Numbered from the whole stretch's first letter, positions 25,261 through 38,290 are shown. The stretch: DNA of 63,692 nucleotides, filler included, from Hyphochytrium catenoides (GCA_900088475.1; 7 parts of 7 records of this genome joined end to end with filler, not necessarily neighbours in it); one strand, 5' to 3'. Numbers and translations are program-made. The notes: generated from the letters alone by a model not told the origin.

Positions 25261-26086
25261 CAGGAGAAAAAAAGAGTGAGGATAGAGCATCAGCCTAAGG
25301 GAGACCGAAGCAGGGATGTCAGGCTACTGACGTTATAGGAGAGACAAGAGAGAGAGAGAGAAAACAGAGCGGAAAAAGGAAAACCGTGATAGCGAAAGAG
25401 AGAGGAGAAGGAGAGAAGGGGGAGAGAGAGGCAAAGAGAGAGAGGACTAATGGCAGGAGAATCTGACCAAGTTGGTGGAGGTACTGGAAGTGAGAGAGAA
25501 TCTGCAGCGTCTCATCTAAATCGTGCAGATTATTATCTGAGGCTCGGAGGTCACGGAGGAAGGTGAAGCACGAGATAGAGCCCTGGAGAGTCCTGAAAGA
25601 GAGAGAGAGAGAGAGGAAGTGAGGGAGAGAAAGTGAGGGAGAGAAGAGAGACGAGGGTGAAGGCCAAGTGACAGAAGAAAGACAGAAGATGGAGAGCGTG
25701 GAACGAAGACACAAGGATCGAGGGACAGAGCACGCACGATCAATGAGATGAGAGAGAAGCGGTAGGAGAGACGGAATGAATAGTAAAGGAAACGGGAGAG
25801 AAGAGAGTGTATGTCTGTACGTTGTGCGGGAAGAGAGAGAGAGAGACGCGAAGAGCGACAGTAAGTGGAAAGTGACAGCGAGGCCTCGAGGGACACAGAG
25901 AGGGGGAAAGGTGAGGCATGCAAGAGAGAGAGAGAAAGAGAATGAACGAGCGAGAGAGAGAGACGGAGAGAGTAAGAGAGAGGGAGAGGGGGAGAGGAAG
26001 AGGTCTCGATCGTACTCTAGCTCATTCTGGTGGACATAGAGTTCTTGGATCCTCGTGCAGGAGTCAAGGTTGTTGATGCACTTCAG
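22110..26086 (-). CDS. SDS22-like leucine-rich-repeat protein with LRRcap (LRRC72-like); 5' end cut off by scaffold end
   Basis: Exons translate to LKCINNLDSCTRIQELYVHQNEL / TLQGSISCFTFLRDLRASDNNLHDLDETLQILSHFQYLHQL / ELFGNPLAEEPNYRLKVIAAIPSLQIFDRHVITDDEREEA (LRRcap). Several charged or coiled-coil exons follow, ending ...KQFRKQHQQ* at 22110. Internal exon boundaries are less certain. Confidence 0.8.
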
Positions 26087-26123
26087 CTGCTCAAAAATGC
26101 CAAAGTGACGAATGGAAGAAGAG

Positions 26124-26223
26124 NNNNNNNNNNNNNNNNNNNNNNNNNNNNNNNNNNNNNNNNNNNNTTAATTAATTAANNNNNNNNNNNNNNNNNNNNN
26201 NNNNNNNNNNNNNNNNNNNNNNN
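26124..26223. other. Artificial scaffold linker N44-TTAATTAATTAA-N44 (also 35038-35137, 41474-41573, 51581-51680, 61105-61204, 62537-62636)
   Basis: Six identical 100-nt spacers whose core gives stops in all six frames. Genes are truncated at these spacers. Confidence 0.98.
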
Positions 26224-26910
26224 CATTCGATAGGTGAGAAGAACGACTAGGAAGGAAGCACACATCATATATACCACACGTTTTGGCTACGGATGGAGCT
26301 ACCTACCCATAATCCCATAACCCACCAGAGCAAACACGCCCCTAGGCATTGCAAGATGAAAGGGAATACTACTGAGGGCACGACAGCAGCTAGTTGGATT
26401 AAATGCTAGCGCTCAGCGTTAACACAGCCCGGAGTGGCGAAGATTGCGTTGTGGCTGAAGTAAAGAAAGAGATGTAGACGCTCGTTGGGGTTATAGACAA
26501 TAATGTATTATTGTAAGGGAAGCCTGGTGGCGGTCAAGGTAAAGAGCAGTCAATGTTCGACACTACGAGCTTCGTCTTTCTCCTTAACCGTGGGAGACGT
26601 ACGTTTGTTCGTTTGACACTACCACCAGCACTTGCCAACAAGCAGGAATGTTCCTCCTCTCTGTCACTCAAAGCTCAGCAGAAGCTCCAATATATACATC
26701 AGACAGGTACGAGTAGGACAGACGAGAAAAAGAGACGAGGAAAGCGTAACACCAAACTGTGAGCGGCTGCCATCAAACTACCTCAAAACAAATAACCACT
26801 GTCAAGCTGTCATCAGTGAAGACCACCGGGCAAATGGAGACGACGTACAAGACCTTCCACCCTGGATGGGATAGGTGGACGAGCATGGGCTGACAGAATG
26901 GTAGGAGATG
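26224..26910 (+). mobile_element. Decayed non-LTR (LINE-type) reverse-transcriptase relic
   Basis: Collinear degenerate motifs across frames: KEAHII (WKxAxI), SYLPI (YRPI), ARSGEDC (GRSxxD), MFDT (AFD), PTSRNVP..LS...NIYI (GVPQG..LS..FNIY), YLKTNN..LSSVKT, WMG*VD..GLTEW (YLG..D..L.W). Confidence 0.5.
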
Positions 26911-27551
26911 TACCTACTCCTTAGCGCAGGCAACTGCCTAGTGTCTCTACCTACAAGCTTCTAACCCACCTCCGCCGGCGGTCCTGTCAGGCGATCCGTC
27001 GCATTTTGACCGCGATTGTACTGGCAAAGAAACAGCTTTTCATCTTTGTGCGCCATATCTGGAAAAGTAGAGAGATGCCAAGCAATTGCTGCTGACAGAC
27101 GAGTTCCGGAAAGGTCGAGCCGCTAGCTAGTTGTAAACTGCTGAGCACGGCTTTGCCAGTAGTAGTAACACGATGGAGCTGACCCTAGCTAATGCACGAT
27201 GATCTTGGTCAGCTCCATCCTCCAATGGTCCCAGGGAAGATTATCAACCTGCAAAACATTGTGAGGTCCAATAGGTCTCATCAATAATTAGAGCTGCTCG
27301 CCTTGGCGCGGAGTTCTCACCTTCCAGCCTTCCCGACCTCTCTGCTATTAGTATATGCATCAGAGAGAAGAAGGCTACACCAAAAGAAAGTGTGCGGGAT
27401 GCTGTAACGCGTCGCTCTGAATTCTAGCTCACGTCGCTTATCTGTTGTTCGGCAGTTCTTAGCAGCCTGTTGCTAAGTTGCTCGTCCCAGAGAGGCTCTT
27501 TCGTGTCCAGCATCGCCAGCAAGAAGAGGCATAGACGTTATAAAGTGTTGT

Positions 27552-29594
27552 CTAGGTCCCTTTTTCCTCAGGTTTCCTCTTCAACGAGCCACCTTGGGCA
27601 CGCCCGTGAAGTCTGCATAGCCCTCCAGGCCGGGCGCCAGTGGTACAACCTTCCACCATGCAGTGTCCTCCACCATGGCGGACACAAAGCCCCTCAGCTT
27701 TAGCGGACTTGGGGCATCCTTCTACCCCGCAGCGCTCTCCACCTCCATGCCGCTTACATACACCCCTGAGACGTAACACATTGCCATCAGACGATTATGT
27801 AAGATTGAAAGGAACTGTCAGCGCTAAGTCATTAGTAGAGCCAGAGGTAATGCTGCAGGAATGACAAGATAGAGCATTAGCAGCCGTCAATACCAGCCCC
27901 AGAAGAGTAGGCGGCGGCAAGAGGGCATAGAGTGTCCGGGAGACGACTCAGGGGATCCAAGAAGGGAGGAGACAGAGGAAGATGAAAGAAAGAAGAGACG
28001 AGTAGCAATTTGGGGTTGGATGGACGGCCTCTGACGCAATCAGGGAGGCCGTCTGCCTAACCAAGAGGAATAGACAATGCAATTGAGAGAAACAGAGTGA
28101 TGATGAAAGGCTACACCTATGACCAGGGCGATGACAATACCTTGTCTTAGAAATATTAGGACAGCTTTCTACCGAGCACTTCTTGCGACGAGGCCACTTG
28201 GTCGGCTTCCGTGGTCTGCCATGTCTGTCAAAAGGCGGGAATTCTGAACGCTGACCTGCGGGCTCCTCCAAGGATTGAACGGAGCTAACGGAGGAAAGGG
28301 AAGAGGAAGTCAAATGTAAAGCACCGGTGGAGGAGCTCTCCGTAACCTCTGCTTCTGCGGTCTTGCTCTTGCCAAGTTGGGTCCTGTTACTTGTTGACGC
28401 GGTATGTGTGCTCTTAGCTGGAGTGCACTCACTTTCTGAAAAAAACGAGCTCTTCCCCTCACTGATACCCTTTGCTCCTCTAGTCGATATGATGCCTTCC
28501 ACCGCTGTCGTTAAAGCCGAGGAGGGCGTGCTATTCAAACTTCGCTTCTTTACCCTTTTATTTCCTCTGTTCGCGATTGCTTTCTCCACTGTGGTGTCTT
28601 GAGGAGCAACTTCTTCTCTACCAGCTAACCTCCGTTTCTCTATATCTGGAGAACCACGGCTTGCGACTGGAAGCTTAACCACAGCTCCCTCTCCCGTCAG
28701 ACATCTCCAGTGCAGGCGACTACTGCCTCTACTCCGTTGATAGAGTGACCGAGTGCTGGGCTGTGGTGTAGACTCTGCTGATAGCCCAGACAGCAGGGAC
28801 TCTTCGGATCTTGTTCTTGAGGACTCTGCTTCCAGACTGGAGACCGAAGCGGAAGCAGGTAGATTATCCACTTTGATGGCAGACGGGTCAGGTGATGGGT
28901 CAATAACTGCGAGGCTACTAGCTGGTCGAGAGCTCGTAGAAGAGATGTCTTCTCCCCAATCTTTCTTCTGCAAACAGAACAGCTCAACATAAGCGTCATT
29001 AACCACGTTCTGGTTTCTGACCCCTTTGTGTTCAGCCTCAAGGGCCTCATCACCACTGTCACATCGCTGCCCAGCGTTTGGCCTTTCCTCCTTCCGACCC
29101 CAGGGACCGAAGTAAGAATACGCCGAAGAAGACGGAGGCGGAGGCGGCAGACATGATGGCGGTTGTACGAAGAGTTGGGAAGGCGGTGAAACGGAAGCAT
29201 ACACTTTAGGCCGGAGTGCCGGTGGATCAAGAGGATTAAAGGGAGATAAAGATCGAGGCCAATGGTGGAGAGTGTGATCTAGGTGAAGGGATGGCGGAGG
29301 CCAAGTGTACGGACAAGAACGAGGAGCATCAGCAGTGGTCGCGTAAGAGATCATAGTGTCCGCTTTCGGTGGTTCAGCACTGGAGGCAGTAGGCAAAGGG
29401 CTAGAACGAGCACTGGGAGGTGCGGCAAGGATGGAAGAAGAAGAGAAAGAAGGATATTGAGACTGGTGTCCTTGCAGCTCGTTTGGCCCCCTCTGTTCTT
29501 CATTCTGTTGCCGGACATGAGACAAGCACATTCCTTGAGCCTTTGAAAGCCGCGAGCAGCCAGGGACGGCGCAGTAGAACTGTTCTCTCACCAT
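27552..29594 (-). CDS. WRKY19-like C-x4-C-x9-C-x2-H zinc-finger repeat protein, 2 exons
   Basis: Removing the intron 28140-27766 (GT..AG on the minus strand) restores CSVESCPNISKTRGVCKRHGGG, followed by CGVEGCPKSAKAEGLCVRHGGG and CMVEGCTTGARPGGLCRLHG. A further finger, CAVPGCSRLSKAQGMCLSH, lies at the N-terminus. Confidence 0.85.
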
Positions 29595-31599
29595 CCGATA
29601 TCTCCTAGCTTTGCTTCGTCGCTGCTCCGGGAATCGATTTGTCTTTGGATCAGAGGTCGAGGTGTCCGTCTACGCGTTGCTGCCGCGATGATGGCTCTAT
29701 TAGCTTCGCAGGTCTTTCTAAGAGGGCCCAATATCTTTGCCAATAAATAAGGAGTTCTTCCAGCTCCTGCCAAGTTTGACTGTCAGTGACCTTCAGAGCT
29801 CAGTACTGCTTCTGCAACGAATAGAGGTCCAGACGACAATGGGTGCTAAGGGCTTCCCTCCCCTAGCTTCCTCGTTAAAGTCCTGAAGAGACGGTAGTGG
29901 GAATGAGTAAGGAAGAAGGAGCCGAGGTCTGCGGTGCTCAAGACGGCGTCATTGTTGAAAGAGAACTCAGCCGGTTTTCTACGTAGAGAAAGGATTGGGA
30001 GAAAGTGTCCAGAGCATAGTAGCATGAAATGGAAAGTCTTTTCTTTCCCGACTTTGGTTCTTTTTTCGGGGGCCGTCAACCTCCGTCGTCCTCTTTCTCC
30101 TCCCCGCTAGTGCTTATCACATTTATAGGCTTCAGGAGGTACGAAGTCCATCGATGCTCCGCTAAGTTGTCTCGCTTCCTACTCTTCCTTTTACTCTCCT
30201 TCTTTCCGGTCTCCTTAATCCGCGGTTATCAATAGCCTACCTTTTTCCGCGGAGTTTCTTGCTAGTCGGCTTTGCTCTTGTTACTTCCCGCTGTCCTCCG
30301 ATAACCTTCAAGCGGCGGCAGAAAGCTAAGCGAGGGGCTAACTGAAAAGGGAGGAAGAGAGCTCTTTCTTTGGGATCTTCCGGACGCAGCCAATGAAGGG
30401 CTGCCCCTTGATGAAGCCCGGTACAAGGGTCCAGGTTGGTCCAGCCAAGTCTCTCGGTTTACGGCTGCTACTGTTGCTCCTGTTTACCCGTTGGCATTTT
30501 CTCTCGTCTTTTGTCCCGTCTATTACTCTCCTTCTCCATTCCAAGATTATCTTGCCATACCAGACACGCCTTTTGAAGGCCAAGCTATCTGCTCACTTAC
30601 TGTCCTTGCTGGGTGCATGACGACAGACAGTCGAGCTCCTCGATTTTCAAGCGACGAGCCACCTAACCAGACGACTTTCTGTGTGCCCCATTGGAAAGAG
30701 AAAAGAGAGACTCCATTCTGGACTGCTTTCTTAGCCCCAAAATTTGAGGAAGAGAAGGAGCCAATAAGGACAACAGCTAGCGGAAGAAGGAAGGATATCC
30801 TCAGTCATCAGTGGCGGCCCAGCAGCAGAGAGCAAGAAAGAGGAAAGTCACCCCACAGATGTTTCGAGAAAAGGCAGGGAAACAACTAACAATAAAAAGT
30901 ATGCTGGTCGATGGAGATTGTTTCTTACTCAATAAAAGACAGTGCGTCCCTTCTTCATTCATTCACTCTTGTTTATATAATATAAGCCTTTGTCTTTCCT
31001 GCTGTCCAGATTGTTGACAGTAGTTCCTTGGACCTGGCAAGAAGGGCTAGAACTTATTCATTGGGAGTCATCAGACTGTGCTGATGGTTCTTGGTGCTTG
31101 TCATTTTTCCCCACCAGTGCTACGTAGCGGTCTTAACATCAAGAGGTCTCAGTTAGGCAACCTCCTCTCTTCTAGTCGTTCTTGTACCACTGCGAGTCTG
31201 GGTGCCGAACTTCCTTTGTAGTGATTACTCATCTCAGCTGAGCCGTTTAGTTAGCGGGAAGTAGCTGCTACCTCTCTCTCCATTTTAATGGCGGGGAAGG
31301 CTGCTTCTTCGTTGGACAGGCACACGCCCATCCCTTGGACCAATCAACGTGGTGTGGAACGATGTACTTTGCTTTATAAAGAGAGCATGTACTATCAGCA
31401 GTGAAGAGAGACCACCACAAAAGTGTTTGTCTCTGAAGAAACGACATCAGCCTCACGTGAGCCGTAGGAGGAGTAGTTTTAGGTCTGGTGGGCCAGTGGG
31501 CCACTCGTCGCAGCCCTCAGTGCCCGCCATCTGGGTGCTCAGCGCCCACCATCTAATGCATTCAGCAGCGGTCAAACTCAAGGAACAATGACTGATGAA

Positions 31600-34100
31600 G
31601 GTGCTGTCAGCAAAGCCATCGACAGTTTTTATTTCAGATTTGTGCCACGAACTTGTTGACCAAAGATTTTTACCCGCAGATCGCCTTGTTTTTATTGTTC
31701 TGGTTAGATTAGCCTGGTTAAGGGTAAGACCACATAGTATTAGTTCTATAAAGGGTGGGAGATGTTGGACCTTCGCAGCTTCTTTCAGACCTTTTTTTCT
31801 CTTTCGCTCCCGTCCAAGGCTGAGTGAGCTTTCTTGTACGTCAGTGGCCTGTTTAGGGATATTTGGACACTCCCAGAAGGCGAGTCTAAGCAGCTACGCT
31901 CCCTCCTTCCTTCAAACATTGCCCCAAAGAGGTTTCTTTTTTCCGTCAGTCCTCCTACCATCGTGTTTGTCCTCCCGACCACCATCATGTTTGCCCTCAG
32001 CATAACGATCACCATCTTAACTGGTAGTATTGGAAGAAGAAGAGCCAAAGCCCGTCTTTATTATTAGCCGCCCCTATCCGTACCGCTCCACCACCACTAG
32101 AGCAGGCACCACAATCCCAACCATACTTGTGTTACTCCTTCAGCGAAGGGGAAGAGGTGCCTTAATCCTTATTGGTAGATAAATAAAGGATGAAGGAACA
32201 ACAGGACTTGTCAGCATCATCGTGACGGCAGCAAGAAGCCTCAGCACGCTAACAGCAACAAGCATCACTGCGTAGAAGAGTCCCTATAATAACTCGAGCA
32301 GCACCCCGCTTTGTAGCATCATCTTCGGAGGGTATGCTTTCCTCATTTCTGCCCCTCTTTAGCCCAACAAGAAGGAGACTGCTCGCAAAGGCAGACTATC
32401 CTTCCTTTCATTGTGCTTTCTATTATTTTGCCTTCAAGCAAACCTCTAGAGCTCATTATTGCTAGTCTGTCTCCATTGTCTTTCCCTAGCACTCGTTGTT
32501 TGTCTTCTGCTCTTGCTACTTGCAGCGATTGACCAGTAGTGCCAGGAATCACAGATTGGCAATTCTCATTGAACCTGTCGCTGCCACCCGCTGGATGATA
32601 AGGACTGTTGATGAGGACTGGATTTTCTCTCCTTAAAAAAAGAGAAGTGCTTGGCTCTACCTGTGCTATTGCTGGTACTCTTCTTATATACTTTGTTTGA
32701 TCACATAGTAGTCTACCCTGTCCGGTCCCTGAAGATGAACTAGTGACTATCGCGTTGCCAAAACGTGAAGCATAGTCCTCAGATACAAGCACGGTCTGGC
32801 AATCTGCTGCTTCTTAAGGCAGGCTGGAGAGTGCGTCCTTTCACGTCGTGTCATCAAGATGTAGGTTATCTTGCTTCCCTTATCATCATCCAGTAGGTGA
32901 CTCGATGTGCACTCCCTGAACCCATCGTTCATAGTCATATGTTCCATTAGGCAACTACCCGGCGCTGCTGTCGGCGTTCAAAGAGGGCTGTTACTTCAGT
33001 ACAAACACTCTGCTCACTCTGAGCAGCAGATCATTTAGTTGAGACTGACGCGAGCAGCGACTGACTGGTTGGGCAGTCGAGTTAGAAATCGGCGCGCGGG
33101 CCTTCCGGAGCGCACCGGCCAAGTCATGAGAAACTGAGGAACGAAAATGGGTTCTTCAGGTAAGTTTCTTAACAGATAACTAACCCTACGACACCTAGCA
33201 AGAGAACTAGCGTTCGCGCGCTCTGCTGCTACAATTGATGAGACTTCGTCTGTGCTGCTCCTACCTACTGCGGAGCTACCTCACTTACCCGGAAAGGGCC
33301 GGTAGATTACGCCCTACCTACTCCTTGCTAGCTTTTTTTTGGCTGCTGCTTTCTCATATTTTATCATGGTCCGTCTACCTCGTGGTTCTTATTATCTCTT
33401 GAGCCTAGTCAAGTTCTTGCCAAGAAAGTGTCTTCCATTATCGTCGATCGATAGCTGCCGCTTTCTCTAGTTGATAACAAGTGTCAGCGACTAACTCTGC
33501 TCCAAGTCCATGCCCTACTTCTCGGCTTTCAACCAATTCTACCCGATCCATAATATCTCTCGCAACAAGCCCGAGCAGCAGCGCTACGCGCTCTCCGGCA
33601 CAACAGGGGTCAGTATAAATAAGAGTTAAGTGCGAAATGCCACCGCTGCAACAGACCTAACCAAACATCAGCCAGAGGCTTTTGCTGGCTGGCGTAGTAC
33701 GCCACCATCCCTGTATTGTCATTTTGGGACCCAGGTGGCATGACCTTCAGAATAATGGAGCACCATAGTGAAGTGTCTTACACAGAACTGTCTAGTAGCC
33801 TTGTAGGTCGTACTTAGTCACTATCCTGCGGTCAGCGGGCGGCTCTAGTCCATCAGCACCGACCGTGTTGTACTGCATCTATCCTATCGTCTTCTAGCTA
33901 TGGCTGATGCAGCTCTACCTCTCCTATACAGGGTAGTCGCAATAGCAGTTGGATTCAGGGACCTAGAAGAGATGTTGATGAGCAGGGTTGCTGACTACAG
34001 CCTGTCCTTCTTTTGCCACTTGGGAGCTTGTACCCGCTCGGAGACTGTGCTGACGCGGGTCAACTAAGAGGAGAAGGCGAAGTGAGCTCGCTCGTCATCC
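31600..34100 (-). mobile_element. Heavily decayed Ty3/Gypsy LTR-retrotransposon pol (RT-RNaseH-IN order)
   Basis: Broken motifs in Gypsy order on the minus strand. RT: KKD (~34005), TKYDLQGY* (~33800), KT-FT...HY, KVMPPGSQN (~33735). RNase H: LLGVV...*ETYLKNPF (~33170). Integrase: DALSSLP*EAADCQTVLVSEDYASRF (~32800) and NSPYHPAGGSDRFN (~32590). Many stops and frameshifts; no LTRs seen; ends approximate. Confidence 0.62.
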
Positions 34101-35364
34101 CTATTAGACAGCTCAGGGAGATTCAAGGTCTCTGCTGTACCTTGGGCGGATTAGGAAGGAACCCTTAAGAAGGAGTAGAGGAGATGATGGCTGAACGCCG
34201 ACAGCAGGCACAACATAAGAGAAGAGATACAACATTTACTCACCCCGAACTCTGCGACATCCATGTCGCCGTGCCCTTACGACCATATCCTCCGTTGCAA
34301 CCGTACTAATTAGGTCGTTAACAGAGCTGTTTCTCTAGGAACACCTCTAGAATGCGACACTGAAAAACAAAGCGACTCGCCCTGAACTACTGATTAGTTC
34401 TATGACTGCAAATGTGGTACCGCTAAGGTTTCGACGGTGACAATTGTTCCACGAATCTTCGCCGCCTATTGCGCCGGCGTTTGTCGCTTCTGTTGGCCAC
34501 TTTGCCATGGATTTTAATCAAGCCCATATTTTTCTATTATTATCGCTTACAGACTCCCTTCTTCATCTCTCGTGTTAGACGTCTGACCGGGTCCTTCATG
34601 TCCGGTACCTGTATGAACTAGATCTTTAGATTTATTCTTCGTGTTCGTTGGAAGTCTGCGTCCCGTCGTTTTTTAAGGCAAAAAAAAGCAGTCCTAGCTG
34701 TGACTAATGAGCCCAGTCGCTTTGGCAACGTCAGACCTTAATATGCTGCCGAGTCAATCGAAGGACTTGTCGGCTGCAAATCTTATGATGGTCGGTGGTG
34801 GTTGTCCAAAAGGACTCTATGAGTGCCCTTGCTAGCTGCTAGCTTCCTGGTCTACGCTTCTCCCTGTGATAGAACGGCGAGCGAAAGGAGTGCGAAGATC
34901 CGGATTTGAATGAGCTGCACGGCCACCCATGACTCTGAGGCAATCCGGCGGCCCTATGATTTATTGTCTATGTTGGTGCTTCCATTCTTCTGTATAATAG
35001 ATCGCTTTGAGACACTAATGGCCCAATGCAGATGCTGNNNNNNNNNNNNNNNNNNNNNNNNNNNNNNNNNNNNNNNNNNNNTTAATTAATTAANNNNNNN
35101 NNNNNNNNNNNNNNNNNNNNNNNNNNNNNNNNNNNNNGAGAGAGAGAGAGAGAGAGAGAACAGAGAAAGAAAAACAGAGAGACACGGGGAGAGACATAGA
35201 GGAAGAAAGAGAGAAAGAGAGGGAGAGAGACAGAGAGAGGAAGAGGGAGGGGGGGATAGACACAGAGAGAGACAGAGCGAGAGAGAGAGAGAGAGGGAGG
35301 GAAAGCGAGAGAGAGAGAGAGAGGAAGAGAGAGAGCAGCTCCTCTCTTCAGAAGCACGCATCAC

Positions 35365-35427
35365 CTGAACATAGCGGACGCCTTCTCCTCTCAGACTCAT
35401 CAGCCAATGCTCACTTGGAAAAAGAAG

Positions 35428-35461
<34 letters not shown>

Positions 35462-35537
35462 AACTAATCAGCTAGAAAAAAAGAGCGATTAGTCGCACAA
35501 AGAGAGAGAGAGATAGCGGAGAGCCAAAGAGAAAGAA

Positions 35538-35574
<37 letters not shown>

Positions 35575-35720
35575 ATATATATTATTGAGCCTCTAAATTC
35601 AAAAAGGATGAACAGAAGCCCATAGAGAAAGAGAGAGAGAGAGAAAGCGAACGAGCCTCAGTATAGTAAACGTTAGAAAGAAAGAGAGTAAGAACCACAA
35701 GAGAGAGAGAGAGAGAGACA

Positions 35721-35757
<37 letters not shown>

Positions 35758-36035
35758 AACCTTCCCTGCTTCATGTAGAGTGGCGTGGCTTTGTTTAGAA
35801 GGTCGAGTTCTTCTCTCATTTCTCTAAAGTCATCGCTGCGACTCATCACCAACTCCTCCGGCTTCTTCTTCAGTTTCTTACTTATCGTAGACTTGAATGT
35901 CTCCCATTGCCTAGAGAGAGAGAGAGAGAGAGAGAGAACTGTTAGAAGGAGCGGAGTGGCATCAGTCTCGGGACAAAACAGGTTCGGATACGTCGCCAGA
36001 GAGAGAGAGAAAGAAAGAGAGAGAGACAGAGAGAC

Positions 36036-36066
<31 letters not shown>

Positions 36067-36179
36067 ACGAGAGACAGGAAGGCAGAGAGAGAGAGAGAGA
36101 GAAGATAGAGCTTCCGCTTTCTCTTGGCTCTTCCCTCAATGCCACTCTGGACGAATGCTCTCTCCCTCTCTCTCTCCCC

Positions 36180-36211
<32 letters not shown>

Positions 36212-37335
36212 GTTTCTTACCGGTTCCTAATTTTCCATAATTTTAACGCGTTTCTCTGTCTCTCAACGGCTCTCCCTTCTTTTCTCTTTTCTGTGGGTCC
36301 CGCCTCCTGCACGTCATGGAGAGAAACACCAGAAGGTGTCTCTCTATATTTATAGCAGAGAGGAAGGCAGNNNNNNNNNNNNNNNNNNNNNNNNNNNNNN
36401 NNNNNNNNNNNNNNNNNNNGAGAGAGTGAGAGAGAGAGGGGGAGAGAGAAAGAGAGAGGAAGCGAGTTTGAGGAAGGGAGGAAAGAACGAGAGAGACAGA
36501 GTGAGTAAGGGCTAAAAGAACGAATTTTGAGAGAGAGAGCAATTGGAAGGGAAAGAGAGAGGAACTTGGAGAGAGAGAAAGAGAGAGAGAGAGAGTTCTT
36601 CTTACGCTTTCTCTCCTTTAAAGTCGCTTCTAACTGTAACCCGCTCGGCAGATGCCCTGCAAAATCTCTTTAATACCATAGAGGGGAAGATGCCAGGAAG
36701 AGAGAGAGAGAAAGAGAGAGAGAGAGAAGGAGAGAGAGCAGAGCGGACAGGAAAGAGAGAAAGTGCAAGAAAGAGACAGGGAGAGAGAGTGCAAAAGCAC
36801 ATTCAAGCACTCAAGAAGAAGCGTCATGTGCTTTAACGGAGAGAGGAGAGATCAAGGGGGGTAAGGGAAGAGACAGAGAGAGAAAGAGAGAGAAAGAGAG
36901 AAAAATGGAGAGGGGAGAGTGAGACAGAGAGAGAGAAACCTTCTTTGTCGTGGGGACTTTTTCTGCAGCGCCTTTTCCATGGCTTCAAACTCTTCCGCCG
37001 AGCCGAGGAGAGAGTGAGAGAGAACTTTCCCTTTCTCATCTCGACGTACTCCCTACATGTTAAAAGAGAGAGAGAGAGAGAGAGAAAGAAAGAGAGAGAG
37101 AGAGAGAGAGAGAGNNNNNNNNNNNNNNNNNNNNNNNNNNNNNNNNNNNNNNNNNNNNNNNNNNNNNNNNNNNNNNNGAGAGAGAGAGAGAGAGCGAGAG
37201 AGAAAAGAAGGGGAAAAGAGAGGGAGGGAACAAGGGGCCAAAGGCGGGAGAAGGGGAGATGAGAAGAAGCGATGAGAAAGAGGATGAAAGCGCAAAGATA
37301 GAGAGGAGAGGAAAGACAATAAAACGAGAGAGAAG

Positions 37336-37378
<43 letters not shown>

Positions 37379-37508
37379 TAGGAGAGAAGAGAAGGAGGAT
37401 TTTGCCACTCCCGGGAAGAGAGAGAGATGATGAAGAATGAGAGATACGATAGGCCAATAGGGACAGATACATAGGAAAGAGAGTAAGAGAGAAAGAACGG
37501 AGGATGGA

Positions 37509-37541
<33 letters not shown>

Positions 37542-38290
37542 GAGAGCGGGAAGATTGAGGAAGAGAGCGAGAGAAAGAAAGAGAGAGATAGCAAAAAAGA
37601 AGAGAGGTAGATAAAGACAGAGAAGAAGCGAATGCGGAAAGACTCTACCTGTGCGGCTCTACTGCTTTTAGCAGGAGAGAGAGAGACTGAAGGAGAGAGA
37701 GACGTCTCATCTCCTGCTCGAAGTTGCCTGGCAATCAGAAGTCCAGGTTTCTCTCTCTCTTGTCCTGACGGCCCGGGAAGAGAGAGAGAGGGAGGACCTA
37801 CCAGAGAATTATAGAGAGAAAGACCATAGGTTAGAGACAGAGAGAGACAGAGAGAGAGAGAGAGTGAGAGAGAGTGAGAGAGAAAGAGAGAGAAGACGAG
37901 AGAAAACGATGGAGGACGAAGAGAGAGAGGACCTGCAAGATAAGGGAAAGAGGGGGCGAAAAATGAGACAGAGATGAACACCAAAAAACGGAGAGAAAGA
38001 GAGCCTGAGAGAGAGGTGAGAGGAAAGAGAGTGGAGAGAGAGACAAAGAGGCAGAGGGAGAGAGAGAGAGGGAGAGAGAGAGAGAGAGAGAGANNNNNNN
38101 NNNNNNNNNGAGAGAGAGAGAGAGAGAGAGAAGAGATGCTACCTGTGCTAGGGCCCTGACTTGTCTTGAGTGTCTTTCGAATGAGGAAAACCTTGGACTT
38201 TGGGCTCGGCGCCACCACAGGAGAGGAAAGAGGATTCTCATTTGCCTGTGTGGCTCCCAGTCTCTCTCTCTCCTCCCCAGCGCTTGACAT
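35365..38290 (-). CDS. MYCBPAP: MYCBP-associated protein homologue (ciliary central-apparatus FAP147-like); 3' part cut off by scaffold end
   Basis: Seven small exons splice in frame. They contain RDEKGKVLSHSLLGSAEEF (cf. the MYCBPAP 'G.VLPHSILG..EF' motif), RQRNALKLWK..NRQWE..KKLKKKPEELVMSRSDDFREMREELDLLNKATP and HWLMSLRGEGVRYVQ. Confidence 0.75.

Noticed and set aside
26168-26179. TTAATTAATTAA recurring six times as a possible biological motif or TTAA target site
   Set aside because: Always centred in exactly 44+44 Ns and gives six-frame stops: an assembly concatenation linker.
36833-38290. 485-aa 'ORF' and the many SLSLSL/ERERER ORFs
   Set aside because: (CT)n/(GA)n tracts lack stop codons. 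These ORFs read through introns and N-gaps; only short internal exons are real.
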